A program made the position numbers and the translations under genes. Source: a virus. From it: a stretch of 64,000 nt of DNA. The notes below the pieces were generated by a model that was not told where the DNA came from, searched no databases, and worked only from the letters and a program-made list of their open reading frames with translations. The stretch covers positions 4,621 through 68,620 of the IMG/VR virus record IMGVR_UViG_3300017743_000004; one strand, given 5' to 3'. This document shows positions 54,011 through 63,418 of this stretch, one piece after another (within the stretch, counting starts at the first letter, position 1; every line of letters starts with the position of its first letter).

Positions 54011-56851
54011 ATGGGAAATATTGTAGGAGAACCTTTTCCTTCATTTGTAAAAAATCAAGTCGATTCTCGCCAAAAGGTTTATGGTAAAAAAGACAGGGAT
54101 GTAAAAGACTTACAATATCTAAATAATAGAACCTCTTGGATTAAATTAGGTTCTTCAATTAATATAGATGAATTTTCTAAAAAATATAGAGATTTAGGAG
54201 AAGAGTATAGAGATAATGAATTAGCTAAACAGCTAGTTTTATTTGGTGGCTCACAAAACGATATTGGGGGTGCTGTTGATTTAAATTCTAATATAAATCG
54301 TTTTGGAAGAGATAGTTTAAGTACCGCTTATGGGTTTGGTGGGTTAGAGTTCGGTCAAGTTCCAATGCCTGGGATTCAGTCTGTAGAAACTAAAACTTTA
54401 AATAGAGGATCAATAAAAAGGGCAAATGTAACTATTGTAGCCCATAATCCTAAACAATTTGAATTAATAGAAATATTATATTTAAGATTAGGTTATCATG
54501 TTTTACTGGAGTATGGACATTCCTCATATTTGGATGATGATGGGGAATTACAAACCCAACCCCCAACCTTAATGAGTAAATTTTTAGATGGAGAATTTTC
54601 TACTCCATACCAAGTTTTAGATGCTATACAATCCCAAAAAGTTACAACTAGAGGAAATTATGATGCTCTATTAGGTAAAGTTGATAAATTTTTCTGGGAA
54701 TTTAACCCGGATGGTACCTACAAAATCTCATTAAGTTTAGTATCTATAGGAGATGTAATTCAGTCTCTTAATTTAAATACTACTAAATCTTTTAATAAAG
54801 ATACTGATGAACCTATAGAATTAAATTATAGAGGAAATGAATTGGCTAAACAATTTAAATCAAGAATTTCAGAACTTAAAAGGGTAAATACTGTACAAGG
54901 AAAAGAACCCCAAACCTCTGTTCTTACTTCTAAACTTCCTAATGGGTCTAAAATTGTTACATATAAAAAACATTCATTTACAGGAGAAAAGGGAACAACA
55001 ACCGTAAAAAATAGGTTCTATTATATTAGATTTTCTGAATTTTTACGAGTCTTAGAAAAAAACTTAGTATTTACATTAGACCTAAATAATAAAATTCCTG
55101 CTTTAAAATTTGATACTGATATTGCTAGTAATTTAATGTATTATGATCCTAATGTATTTACTTTAGATCCTAGAATATGCACAGCGGATTATGAACTTCC
55201 TTTTTCGGATGAAACTAGATATTTATTTAACCAACATCTTCAATTTGATGCATTCGAAGAAAAAAATTTTAAAGCTGAAATAGGGGAAACTTCTTATGGA
55301 AGAATAATGAATATTTTTCTAGAAATGAATTTTATCTTAGATGTCTTGGAAAAAAATGTAGATGAAAATGGAAAGGTTCCTTTATTAAATTTTTTAAAGT
55401 CTATATTAAAAGAAGTAAATAATAATTTCTCCAACTCTACTGAATTAGACGTATTTTTAGATGAAACTACTAATAAAGTAAAAATTCTTGAACAAAGATC
55501 TCTTCCAAATTTAGAATCTATATTAAAACAATTTGAATTACCAAATTCAAATACAATATTTGACATTTATGGATATTCAAGTAATCAAACTTTAGGATTT
55601 GTAAAAACATTTAATTTTAAAACTGAAATATCAAACGCATTATCAACTACAATTTCGATAGGAGCTCAATCTAGTGGAACTATAAAAGGAGAAAATTTTA
55701 GTGCATTTTCAAATTGGAATAGAGGTTTAATAGATAGGATATCACCTGTAAAAAGTAACCCTTTAAGTTCTAAAAATTCTTTATCTCTTGATGATATAAA
55801 AAATCAAATTTCTTCTAAAGAAGAAGAACTAAATAAAACTAAAATAACTTTTTTGGGAGAATTATTAGGATATTCTTCCCCAGGAATTCCATCTTTCAAA
55901 CCAACTTCCGTAAATTCTTTTTTAGATTTGCAAAAAGATTGTTATGAATTAGCAGAAGAAATTGAAAATCTTAAACAACAACAAAGAATACTTGAAGGTA
56001 ATCAAGAAGGAAAAACGAACGAAAAAGTTTTTTCAAATTCTATAGCATTTTTACCCCTAAATTTATCTTTAACTTTAGATGGTCTCTCAGGATTTAAAAT
56101 CTATCAATCTTTCCTTTTAAGACAAGGTTTATTACCCAAAAATTACCCAGACAACCTAAGATTTTTAATTAAAGGGGTTTCTAATACAATTAATTCCGAA
56201 GGATGGACTACTACAATAGAAACTTTATCACAGCCAACATTTACTAAAACTCCTAAACAATTAATCTTTGGGGATAAATTACCTTCAACAGATTTTGTTG
56301 TATTAGCCCGCCTTTCGGATATTATTGAAGAACAAATAGAAACTCCTAATGCTGATATATTAAGAGAAACTTTACAAAAGTTAGGATATAGTGAAAAAAT
56401 AGGATCTTCAGATGGAACAGACCCCGGACCACAAATATCTAGTGGAGGGGATATTACCTCGAATATGGAAAAAGTTGCTTCTGCTGTACTTACTACTCTA
56501 AAACAAAAACTACCTAATCTTTCTATAGAAGTAACAGGTGGAAATGATTTATTCCACCAAAAACTCCAGGATTCAAAATCTAGACATAAAAAAGGTAATG
56601 GATTAGATTTTGTTATTAGTCCTAATAATCTTTCTAATGTAGAAAAAGTAGAAAGTATTTTACAGGGATATTCTGGGGGTTCTACTTCCGAACTTCCTAT
56701 AAGATATTTAAATGAATACGCTACTAAAAGTAAAAATGCTACAGGAAATCATTTCCATTTATCAGTAGGGGCTGGGACTGAAGGACGAAAAGAATTCTTC
56801 CTTGCTAAAAGAGAAATAAGAAAGGGAAAAATCGAAAAGTTTGTAGTATGA
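54011..56851 (+). CDS. baseplate hub protein with C-terminal M15-like peptidoglycan peptidase
   Basis: PMPGI.S...hub motifs; LTLDGLSG...WTTTIE; C-terminal TGGND...SRHKKGNGLDF...HFHLS zinc peptidase motif. Confidence 0.7.
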   Translation: MGNIVGEPFPSFVKNQVDSRQKVYGKKDRDVKDLQYLNNRTSWIKLGSSINIDEFSKKYRDLGEEYRDNELAKQLVLFGGSQNDIGGAVDLNSNINRFGRDSLSTAYGFGGLEFGQVPMPGIQSVETKTLNRGSIKRANVTIVAHNPKQFELIEILYLRLGYHVLLEYGHSSYLDDDGELQTQPPTLMSKFLDGEFSTPYQVLDAIQSQKVTTRGNYDALLGKVDKFFWEFNPDGTYKISLSLVSIGDVIQSLNLNTTKSFNKDTDEPIELNYRGNELAKQFKSRISELKRVNTVQGKEPQTSVLTSKLPNGSKIVTYKKHSFTGEKGTTTVKNRFYYIRFSEFLRVLEKNLVFTLDLNNKIPALKFDTDIASNLMYYDPNVFTLDPRICTADYELPFSDETRYLFNQHLQFDAFEEKNFKAEIGETSYGRIMNIFLEMNFILDVLEKNVDENGKVPLLNFLKSILKEVNNNFSNSTELDVFLDETTNKVKILEQRSLPNLESILKQFELPNSNTIFDIYGYSSNQTLGFVKTFNFKTEISNALSTTISIGAQSSGTIKGENFSAFSNWNRGLIDRISPVKSNPLSSKNSLSLDDIKNQISSKEEELNKTKITFLGELLGYSSPGIPSFKPTSVNSFLDLQKDCYELAEEIENLKQQQRILEGNQEGKTNEKVFSNSIAFLPLNLSLTLDGLSGFKIYQSFLLRQGLLPKNYPDNLRFLIKGVSNTINSEGWTTTIETLSQPTFTKTPKQLIFGDKLPSTDFVVLARLSDIIEEQIETPNADILRETLQKLGYSEKIGSSDGTDPGPQISSGGDITSNMEKVASAVLTTLKQKLPNLSIEVTGGNDLFHQKLQDSKSRHKKGNGLDFVISPNNLSNVEKVESILQGYSGGSTSELPIRYLNEYATKSKNATGNHFHLSVGAGTEGRKEFFLAKREIRKGKIEKFVV

Positions 56852-57450
56852 CATATTTTCCTAAATCCTCCACAATAAATAACCTATATTCTAATGGGGA
56901 ACTCTTTAACCCTAAAACTAGAGATCCTTATGTAGGATATTATTATGAAACCCATAATGGAAAATATTTCGCAGGTAGAAATCCTAATGAGTTAGCTACT
57001 CAAATTGAGTTAATTATTATTACTAGTGAAGAATCTGATTTGTTCCAAATACAAGATTTAAGATTCTCTACTGCAAATAATATTAATTATTCTATCTTAA
57101 AAGAAGAATCTCAACAATTAGAAAAACTCCAACCATTCCTAAACTCTGTTCCCACTCCTACCCCCCAGGATTACCAAATAGGAGAATTCCAAAGATACTT
57201 TGCTAAAAAAGTAAATGAGGAAAAATACACAGAGATTTCTTTAACTACATTTAACGAGTTAAAAGCACAAGATCCAAAATATTTCTTTTCTCAATTCACA
57301 CAATTTTCTTTACCTTGGAAATTAATAGGTGAAAAAGAACAAGTAGCTAGAACAAATAAAAACATAATCGAATTAACTGAGAGACAAAACAATGTATTTT
57401 TCCTTGGAAAATTCCTAAAATTTAATTACCTTCAGTTTTATAAAAACTAG
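56848..57450 (+). CDS. hypothetical baseplate-region protein
   Basis: YVGYYY, PTP..DYQIG...RYF. Confidence 0.6.
   Translation: MTYFPKSSTINNLYSNGELFNPKTRDPYVGYYYETHNGKYFAGRNPNELATQIELIIITSEESDLFQIQDLRFSTANNINYSILKEESQQLEKLQPFLNSVPTPTPQDYQIGEFQRYFAKKVNEEKYTEISLTTFNELKAQDPKYFFSQFTQFSLPWKLIGEKEQVARTNKNIIELTERQNNVFFLGKFLKFNYLQFYKN
57404..57432 (+). promoter_or_regulatory. putative early promoter TTGGAA-N17-TACCTT
   Basis: Same geometry as other early promoters; 21 nt before ATG at 57454. Confidence 0.5.
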
Positions 57451-57453
57451 GTT

Positions 57454-58667
57454 ATGTTTTGGTTAATAGAGACTCCTGAACAATTTGAGGAGTTATGTTA
57501 TAAAGGTTTTAAACAAGTGTATTTAGAGGTAGTGCCCTCTTTAGATTACATTAGCTGCATCTTTATAGCTACCCCTCAAAAAAATATATTTTATCAATTG
57601 ACCATTCTGAGGCTTTATCCTTAGAGATAGATCCGGTTTTAAAATGGTTAGAGGGAATGGAAAAAATACAGGTAAAAAATAAGGTAGATACTATACAATA
57701 TTTACCATTTAAAAATATAGAGGATATTTCAATGCAAACATCCCACCCCACCATACATCCATCCATATTTCAGGATATACAATCAAGAACACATAACATA
57801 AACTATACAGTGCCTATATCAAAGGTATTTGAAAAATGCGATGCAGCCTATGAGAAGGTAAAGCACTTACAATATAAACAATATTATGACTTCTATAACA
57901 CTAAAGCATCAATCGTGTTCGGTGCCCTCTCTAAAAACGGCATACCAATTGACACAAAACTATTCGAGGACAAATATGAGTATAAACCACCCTCAGATCA
58001 AATTTACCCCGAATACAACTTTAAAACAGCAACCCGCAGACCCTCTTGTTTATACAATGGTATAAACTTTCTAGCGTTAAATAAAGAGGATGGTTCACGG
58101 GAGGTGATAAAGCCAAAGAACGATTGCGTTATAGAAATAGATATTTCATCTTACCATCCTACTATCTTAGCTAACTTAATAGGTTATAATTTTGGTGGAG
58201 AAAACATTCACCAACATTTTGCTGATCTATACGGAGTAGATTATAAAAAAGCTAAAGAGCTTACATTCAAGCAACTATATGGAGGAATATTTAAAGAATA
58301 CAAAAACATAGAATTTTTCAAACAAACACAAACTTTTATAGATAATCTCCACTCCCAATATAACCAACAAGGTTATATAGAGTCTCCTATATCAAAATGG
58401 AGATTCGAAAAGGAAATTCTGGGGGAAATTAAGCCTCAAAAATTATTTAATTATTTATTGCAAGAGATAGAAACATCCCAGAATATTGGCTTGATGTGGG
58501 AAATATTTAAAACTTTAAATGGAAAAAATTCTTATTTATTTTTATACGTTTATGATGCGTTTGTCTTCGATTGGGATACCAAAGAGGATATTGAGGAAGT
58601 GGTTTCGATATTTAAAAAACGTGGTTTGGTAACCACCATCAAAACAGGAGAAACGTATAATTTGTAA
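57454..58667 (+). CDS. short, divergent family A DNA polymerase; 5' end offset by a -1 shift at an A7 run
   Basis: ATG 57454 (MFWLIETPEQ...) stops at 57624; -1 frame from 57578-57584 continues KYILSIDHSEA...MEKIQ into TRRPS, EIDISSYHP (motif A), KAKELTFKQLYG (B), YVYDAF (C). Confidence 0.75.
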
Positions 58668-58689
58668 TATGTATAACAAAATATATGTT

Positions 58690-59073
58690 ATGAATAAATT
58701 ATATTGTACCTTTGTAGAAGAAGATCAAATTGAATCTAAAATTGAGGAATTAGGTACGCATTATTCTATCTTGAATAATAAGGTTTTCGCTTTATACATT
58801 AAATCAACTAATGAGTACGCTTTAACCTATAATATCGATAGGCAAGTAAATAGTGCTATCCCAACTAATACTATTCTAGTTCATAGAAAAAAAGAATCAA
58901 ACACACTCTATACAATCAATGCTTTGAACGTGTTGATTAAAACTTTAAATGGAGGAGTAGTTGATACTAAATTCCCAATTCAGTGGATCCATTATAGAAA
59001 TTGTATTTTACTTACAAATCATAATGATCTAAGACAATTAGATACAAAAGTCTACAAAATCTTTGAATTATAG
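58690..59073 (+). CDS. conserved hypothetical protein
   Basis: MNKLYCTF...VHRKKESNTLYTINALN; track start 58669 lies inside the ATATGTAT promoter variant (58667-58674). Confidence 0.65.
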   Translation: MNKLYCTFVEEDQIESKIEELGTHYSILNNKVFALYIKSTNEYALTYNIDRQVNSAIPTNTILVHRKKESNTLYTINALNVLIKTLNGGVVDTKFPIQWIHYRNCILLTNHNDLRQLDTKVYKIFEL

Positions 59074-59074
59074 T

Positions 59075-59103
59075 TTGGTGGCTTAATCCCCAATCATTAT
59101 ATT
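59075..59103 (+). promoter_or_regulatory. putative early promoter TTGGTG-N17-TATATT
   Basis: Intergenic, before SSB ATG at 59132. Confidence 0.6.
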
Positions 59104-59131
59104 TAGTCTATTATTAACCTTAAAATTAATT

Positions 59132-59947
59132 ATGGACTTAAATCAGATCAAATCAAAATTAGCTTCCATGCAACAGCCACAAGGTGGCACGAGAGAGAAG
59201 CGCGACTTTACCAAGATCTTCTGGAAACCAAGAGAAGAAGGTAAGTATCAAATCAGGATTGTTCCTTCCAAGAACAACAAAAACAACCCATTCCAGGAAG
59301 TATTTGTACACTATGGAATTAACAAGTATCCTATGTTTGCCCTTACAAATTGGAATGAAAAAGATCCTATTGTAGAGTTTGCAAAGCAACTTAGAACAAC
59401 TTCCGATAAGGAAAATTGGCAACTCGCCAAAAAACTCGATCCAAAAATGCGTGTATACGCTCCTGTAATCGTCCGTGGAGAGGAGGATAAAGGAGTCCGT
59501 ATGTGGGAATTTGGAAAAGAGATTTACATGCAGTTGTTAGGTATTGCAGATGATGAGGATTACGGAGATTTTACTGATGTGAATGAGGGACGTGATTTTA
59601 CTGTTGAAGCCGTTAGAGGTGAAATTGCAGGTAGAATGGGTCTTAAAACTTCTATCCGTGTAAAGCCAAAAGTAACCACTTTGTCTGAAAACCCAACACA
59701 AGTAAGTCAGTTCCTAGCAGAACAGCCTGATGTTTTGGAAAATCAACGCAAATATTCATTTGATGATATGAAAACTATCCTCCAGAATTGGTTGAATCCT
59801 GAATCACAAGAAGATGAAGGTGATATCATTTCTGAAAAATCAGATGATTTTGACGGAGACTCTAAGACAAATTATTCTCTTAACAAGAAGGAATCAAAGT
59901 CACAGAAGTTTGAAAAGATGTTTGAGGACGATGATCTTCCATTTTAA
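59132..59947 (+). CDS. single-stranded DNA-binding protein (gp32-like)
   Basis: FWKP, IRIVP, DPI.E, WEFGK.IY, D...GRDF, acidic tail DDDLPF. Confidence 0.85.
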   Translation: MDLNQIKSKLASMQQPQGGTREKRDFTKIFWKPREEGKYQIRIVPSKNNKNNPFQEVFVHYGINKYPMFALTNWNEKDPIVEFAKQLRTTSDKENWQLAKKLDPKMRVYAPVIVRGEEDKGVRMWEFGKEIYMQLLGIADDEDYGDFTDVNEGRDFTVEAVRGEIAGRMGLKTSIRVKPKVTTLSENPTQVSQFLAEQPDVLENQRKYSFDDMKTILQNWLNPESQEDEGDIISEKSDDFDGDSKTNYSLNKKESKSQKFEKMFEDDDLPF

Positions 59948-59950
59948 TCT

Positions 59951-61030
59951 ATGGCTAGGAAGAAAAATGCTTCACTTACGGCTGCAGTAAGTGAGGAGCT
60001 CAAAAAGAGCTTTGATATCAATAAGTTTAAGACCCAGAAGGGTCTTGGAGGTAACGTAAAGTTTAAACCCCAAAAGTGGGTACCTCTTTCGGATGCGTTT
60101 CAGCAAACGACTTCCGTCCCCGGAATACCCTTAGGACACATTGTGCTCCTGAGGGGTCATTCCGATACAGGAAAAACTACTGCTCTGATTGAAGCAGCAG
60201 TCTCAGCTCAAAAAGCTAAAATCCTCCCAGTATTCATCATCACAGAGATGAAATGGAATTGGGAACACGCCATGCAAATGGGTCTTCAAGTCGAAGAGGT
60301 ATGGGATGAAGAAACTGGGGAACTTGTTGATTATCGAGGTAATTTCTTGTATGCAGATAGAGAAACCCTCAACACAATCGAAGATGTTGCTGTCTTTATT
60401 GCAGATTTGATAGACGAACAAAAGAAAGGTAACCTCCCATATGACCTTATGTTCTTGTGGGATTCAATCGGATCCGTTCCTTGTGAAATGTCTGTTAAAT
60501 CAAATAAAAACAACAATGAATGGAATGCGGGTGCAATGTCAACTCAATTTGGAAACAATATCAATCAGAGAATTACATTGTCCCGTAAAGAATCCTATCC
60601 ATACACTAATACTCTAGTTTGTATTAATAAGGTATGGACAGCAAAAGCAGAATCACCTATGGGGCAACCTAAACTAATGAACAAAGGTGGATTTGCTATG
60701 TGGTTCGATTCTACATTCGTTGTAACATTTGGTAACATTGCAAACGCTGGAACCTCTAAAATCAAAGCTATCAAAGATGGTAAGCAAGTAGAATTTGCTA
60801 AACGCACTAACTTGCAAATCGACAAAAACCATATTAATGGTATTACCACTAGGGGCAAAATCGTAATGACCCCTCACGGATTTATACTTGATGATGATAA
60901 GCAAATTAAAAAGTATAAAGACGATCACGCCAAGGAATGGAGTAAAATTCTTGGTGGAGTAGACTTTGATATTATAGAAGAGGATAGTATCTTGGAGCCT
61001 GAAGTTATACATAACCAAGAACCAGATTAA
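59951..61030 (+). CDS. RecA/UvsX-like recombinase
   Basis: GIPLG, GHSDTGKTT, LWDSIG, INKV, KGG.A, KNH. Confidence 0.85.
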   Translation: MARKKNASLTAAVSEELKKSFDINKFKTQKGLGGNVKFKPQKWVPLSDAFQQTTSVPGIPLGHIVLLRGHSDTGKTTALIEAAVSAQKAKILPVFIITEMKWNWEHAMQMGLQVEEVWDEETGELVDYRGNFLYADRETLNTIEDVAVFIADLIDEQKKGNLPYDLMFLWDSIGSVPCEMSVKSNKNNNEWNAGAMSTQFGNNINQRITLSRKESYPYTNTLVCINKVWTAKAESPMGQPKLMNKGGFAMWFDSTFVVTFGNIANAGTSKIKAIKDGKQVEFAKRTNLQIDKNHINGITTRGKIVMTPHGFILDDDKQIKKYKDDHAKEWSKILGGVDFDIIEEDSILEPEVIHNQEPD

Positions 61031-62076
61031 TGCAAAAAGAGGACCTTCTCAAAATGTTGAGTGATGTTAAGGAGGGAGCAGATGCTCCCTCCCCTCAACA
61101 AGACCGAATAGTTTTAATAGACGGATTAAATTTATTTTTTAGAAACTTTGCAATGCTAAACTTTACTAACAAGGAGGGAGTCCATGTTGGTGGTTTAGGA
61201 GGATTTTTAAGATCATTAGGTACTTTAATTAATACCTTACACCCAACAGAATTGTATATTGTATTTGATGGGATGGGGTCTTCACAAAATCGCAAAAACC
61301 TAATTTCCGAATATAAATCAAATCGTAACATTACTAGAATTACGAATTGGGAAATATTTGAAAATATAGATGAAGAACATGATGCTAAGTTAGATCAAAT
61401 TTCACGTCTAACATACTATCTAAGATGTCTCCCAGCTAAAACAGTTGCATTAGATAAAACAGAAGCAGATGATATTATAGCATATTTGTCTAAAAAATTA
61501 GCCAAAGAGTATAATTCAAACGTGTTCATTGTTTCTTCGGATAAGGATTTTATTCAACTTGTAGATGATAACATTACAGTGTATCGTCCTATAGAAAAAG
61601 ATTTTTATACTAAAGATACAGTACAAGAAAAATTTGGTATTCCTGCTGAAAACTTTATTTTATACAAAACACTAATAGGAGATAATTCTGATAATATTAA
61701 AGGGATTAAGGGTATTGGTCCTAAAGGTGTTATAAAGCGATTCCCTCAATTAGCAACGGAGATTATGTCTTTGGATCAACTCATTGATATAGCAACTGAA
61801 AAACACAAAGACAACGTAGTGTATTCACGTATAGTATTTGAAGAAGATAATTTAAGAAAAACACACAAAGTTATGGATCTCCATAATCCTATGTTATCTT
61901 CACTAGATGAAAAATATTTAGATCAATTGGTTTTAGAAAAAACACCTAAATTAGAAGCACAAACGTTTTTGAAATTTTATCACGAAGACGATATGCGCCA
62001 CTTGATTAAAAATGTTGAGTTTTGGATAAACAATACCTTTAAAATTTTAAATAGTTATAACAGTGACTCTAAATAA
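61030..62076 (+). CDS. 5'-3' exonuclease / RNase H (FEN-like)
   Basis: LIDGLN, VFDG, YKSNR, EADDIIA, SSDKDF.QL, GDNSDNI.GI.GIG.K. Confidence 0.92.
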   Translation: MQKEDLLKMLSDVKEGADAPSPQQDRIVLIDGLNLFFRNFAMLNFTNKEGVHVGGLGGFLRSLGTLINTLHPTELYIVFDGMGSSQNRKNLISEYKSNRNITRITNWEIFENIDEEHDAKLDQISRLTYYLRCLPAKTVALDKTEADDIIAYLSKKLAKEYNSNVFIVSSDKDFIQLVDDNITVYRPIEKDFYTKDTVQEKFGIPAENFILYKTLIGDNSDNIKGIKGIGPKGVIKRFPQLATEIMSLDQLIDIATEKHKDNVVYSRIVFEEDNLRKTHKVMDLHNPMLSSLDEKYLDQLVLEKTPKLEAQTFLKFYHEDDMRHLIKNVEFWINNTFKILNSYNSDSK

Positions 62077-63418
62077 TATAAATCAGTACGGAACAGCATT
62101 TCAAGTAAAAGTAATAGCTGCTCTCCTAAACGATAAAAGTTTTTTAATTAATATAAATGATATTTTAAGTGAAGAATATTTTGAGTCTCAAGCATCAAAG
62201 TGGATTATAAACGAATCACTTTTATATTTTACAAAATACCATTGCCCTCCTACAATGGAGGTGCTAGCAGTAGAGCTTAAGAAACTTAAAAATGAGGTTC
62301 TACAAATTTCAATTAAAGAACTACTCCATTCAGCATATCAAGCTTCTGAAAAGGATTTGGATTATGTTAAAGAAGAGTTTTTTAACTTTTGTAAAAACCA
62401 ACAACTTAAAAAAGCACTTATGTCTTCTGTGGATTTACTACAAGCAGGAGATTATGATGCCATTAGGTATCTAGTAGATAGCGCTTTAAAATCTGGTCAA
62501 GATAAAAATATAGGACATGAGTATAATAAAGACTTGGAATCAAGGTATAGAAAAGATCAAAGAGAAATTGTACCAACACCATGGCATGAATTCAATGATT
62601 TACTACAAGGTGGTCTCGGAAATGGAGATCTTGGTTTACTATTTGGTTCTCCTGGGGGTGGTAAGAGTTGGTCGCTCGTTGCTTTAGGAGGTCATGCTGT
62701 TAAAATGGGGTATAATGTAGTGCATTATACTTTAGAATTGCGAGAAGATTATGTTGGTAAAAGATATGATTCATTCTTCACCCAAATCCCAGTAAATGAG
62801 ATTCATAACCATAAAGATAAAGTACAAGAAGTTACTGAAAAGATAGAAGGGAATTTAATTATTAAACAGTTCCCAACAGGTAAAGCTACAATTTCAACTC
62901 TAGAATCTCATATTGAAAAATGTATTAACCAAGAGATTACTCCTGATTTAATTATTATTGATTATATTGATTTGCTCCGAAGTAAAAAGAATTCTCGTGA
63001 ACGAAAAGATGAAATTGATGATATTTATATTGGAACTAAAGGGTTAGCTGCTCAATTAGATATTCCAATATGGTCCGTCTCGCAAGTTAATAGAGCCGGT
63101 GCTAAGGATGATATCATTGAGGGTGATAAGGCTGCCGGTTCTTACGACAAAATTATGATTACTGATTTTGCCGTCTCATTGTCAAGAAAGAAAGAAGACA
63201 AACAGAACGGTACAGGGAGACTTCATATTATGAAAAACAGGTATGGGATGGATGGTATGACATTTGGAGCAAAAATTGATACAGCGATAGGTAAATTTGA
63301 GCTAGTTGATCTAGATTCAATCCCCACCCCTCCATCTTCCACCCCAGATTCAAATGGTTTTTCTCCATCAGATAAAGAACATCTTAATAATCAATTTTTT
63401 AACCTAAATAATGAGTAA
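62063..63418 (+). CDS. replicative DnaB-like helicase (gp41-like)
   Basis: GSPGGGKS, YTLEL, IIDYIDLL, SQVNR, KNRYG. Confidence 0.92.
   Translation: MTLNNINQYGTAFQVKVIAALLNDKSFLININDILSEEYFESQASKWIINESLLYFTKYHCPPTMEVLAVELKKLKNEVLQISIKELLHSAYQASEKDLDYVKEEFFNFCKNQQLKKALMSSVDLLQAGDYDAIRYLVDSALKSGQDKNIGHEYNKDLESRYRKDQREIVPTPWHEFNDLLQGGLGNGDLGLLFGSPGGGKSWSLVALGGHAVKMGYNVVHYTLELREDYVGKRYDSFFTQIPVNEIHNHKDKVQEVTEKIEGNLIIKQFPTGKATISTLESHIEKCINQEITPDLIIIDYIDLLRSKKNSRERKDEIDDIYIGTKGLAAQLDIPIWSVSQVNRAGAKDDIIEGDKAAGSYDKIMITDFAVSLSRKKEDKQNGTGRLHIMKNRYGMDGMTFGAKIDTAIGKFELVDLDSIPTPPSSTPDSNGFSPSDKEHLNNQFFNLNNE

Noticed and set aside
5561-62474. Short alternative-frame + strand ORFs (5561, 19054, 19557, 43126, 51948, 59184, 62292)
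   Set aside because: Nested in or overlapping stronger genes, with no motifs or start context.
21526-63418. Inteins or introns in terminase, RecA or helicase
   Set aside because: Lengths are ordinary, motifs are contiguous, and no splice-junction or LAGLIDADG motifs were seen.
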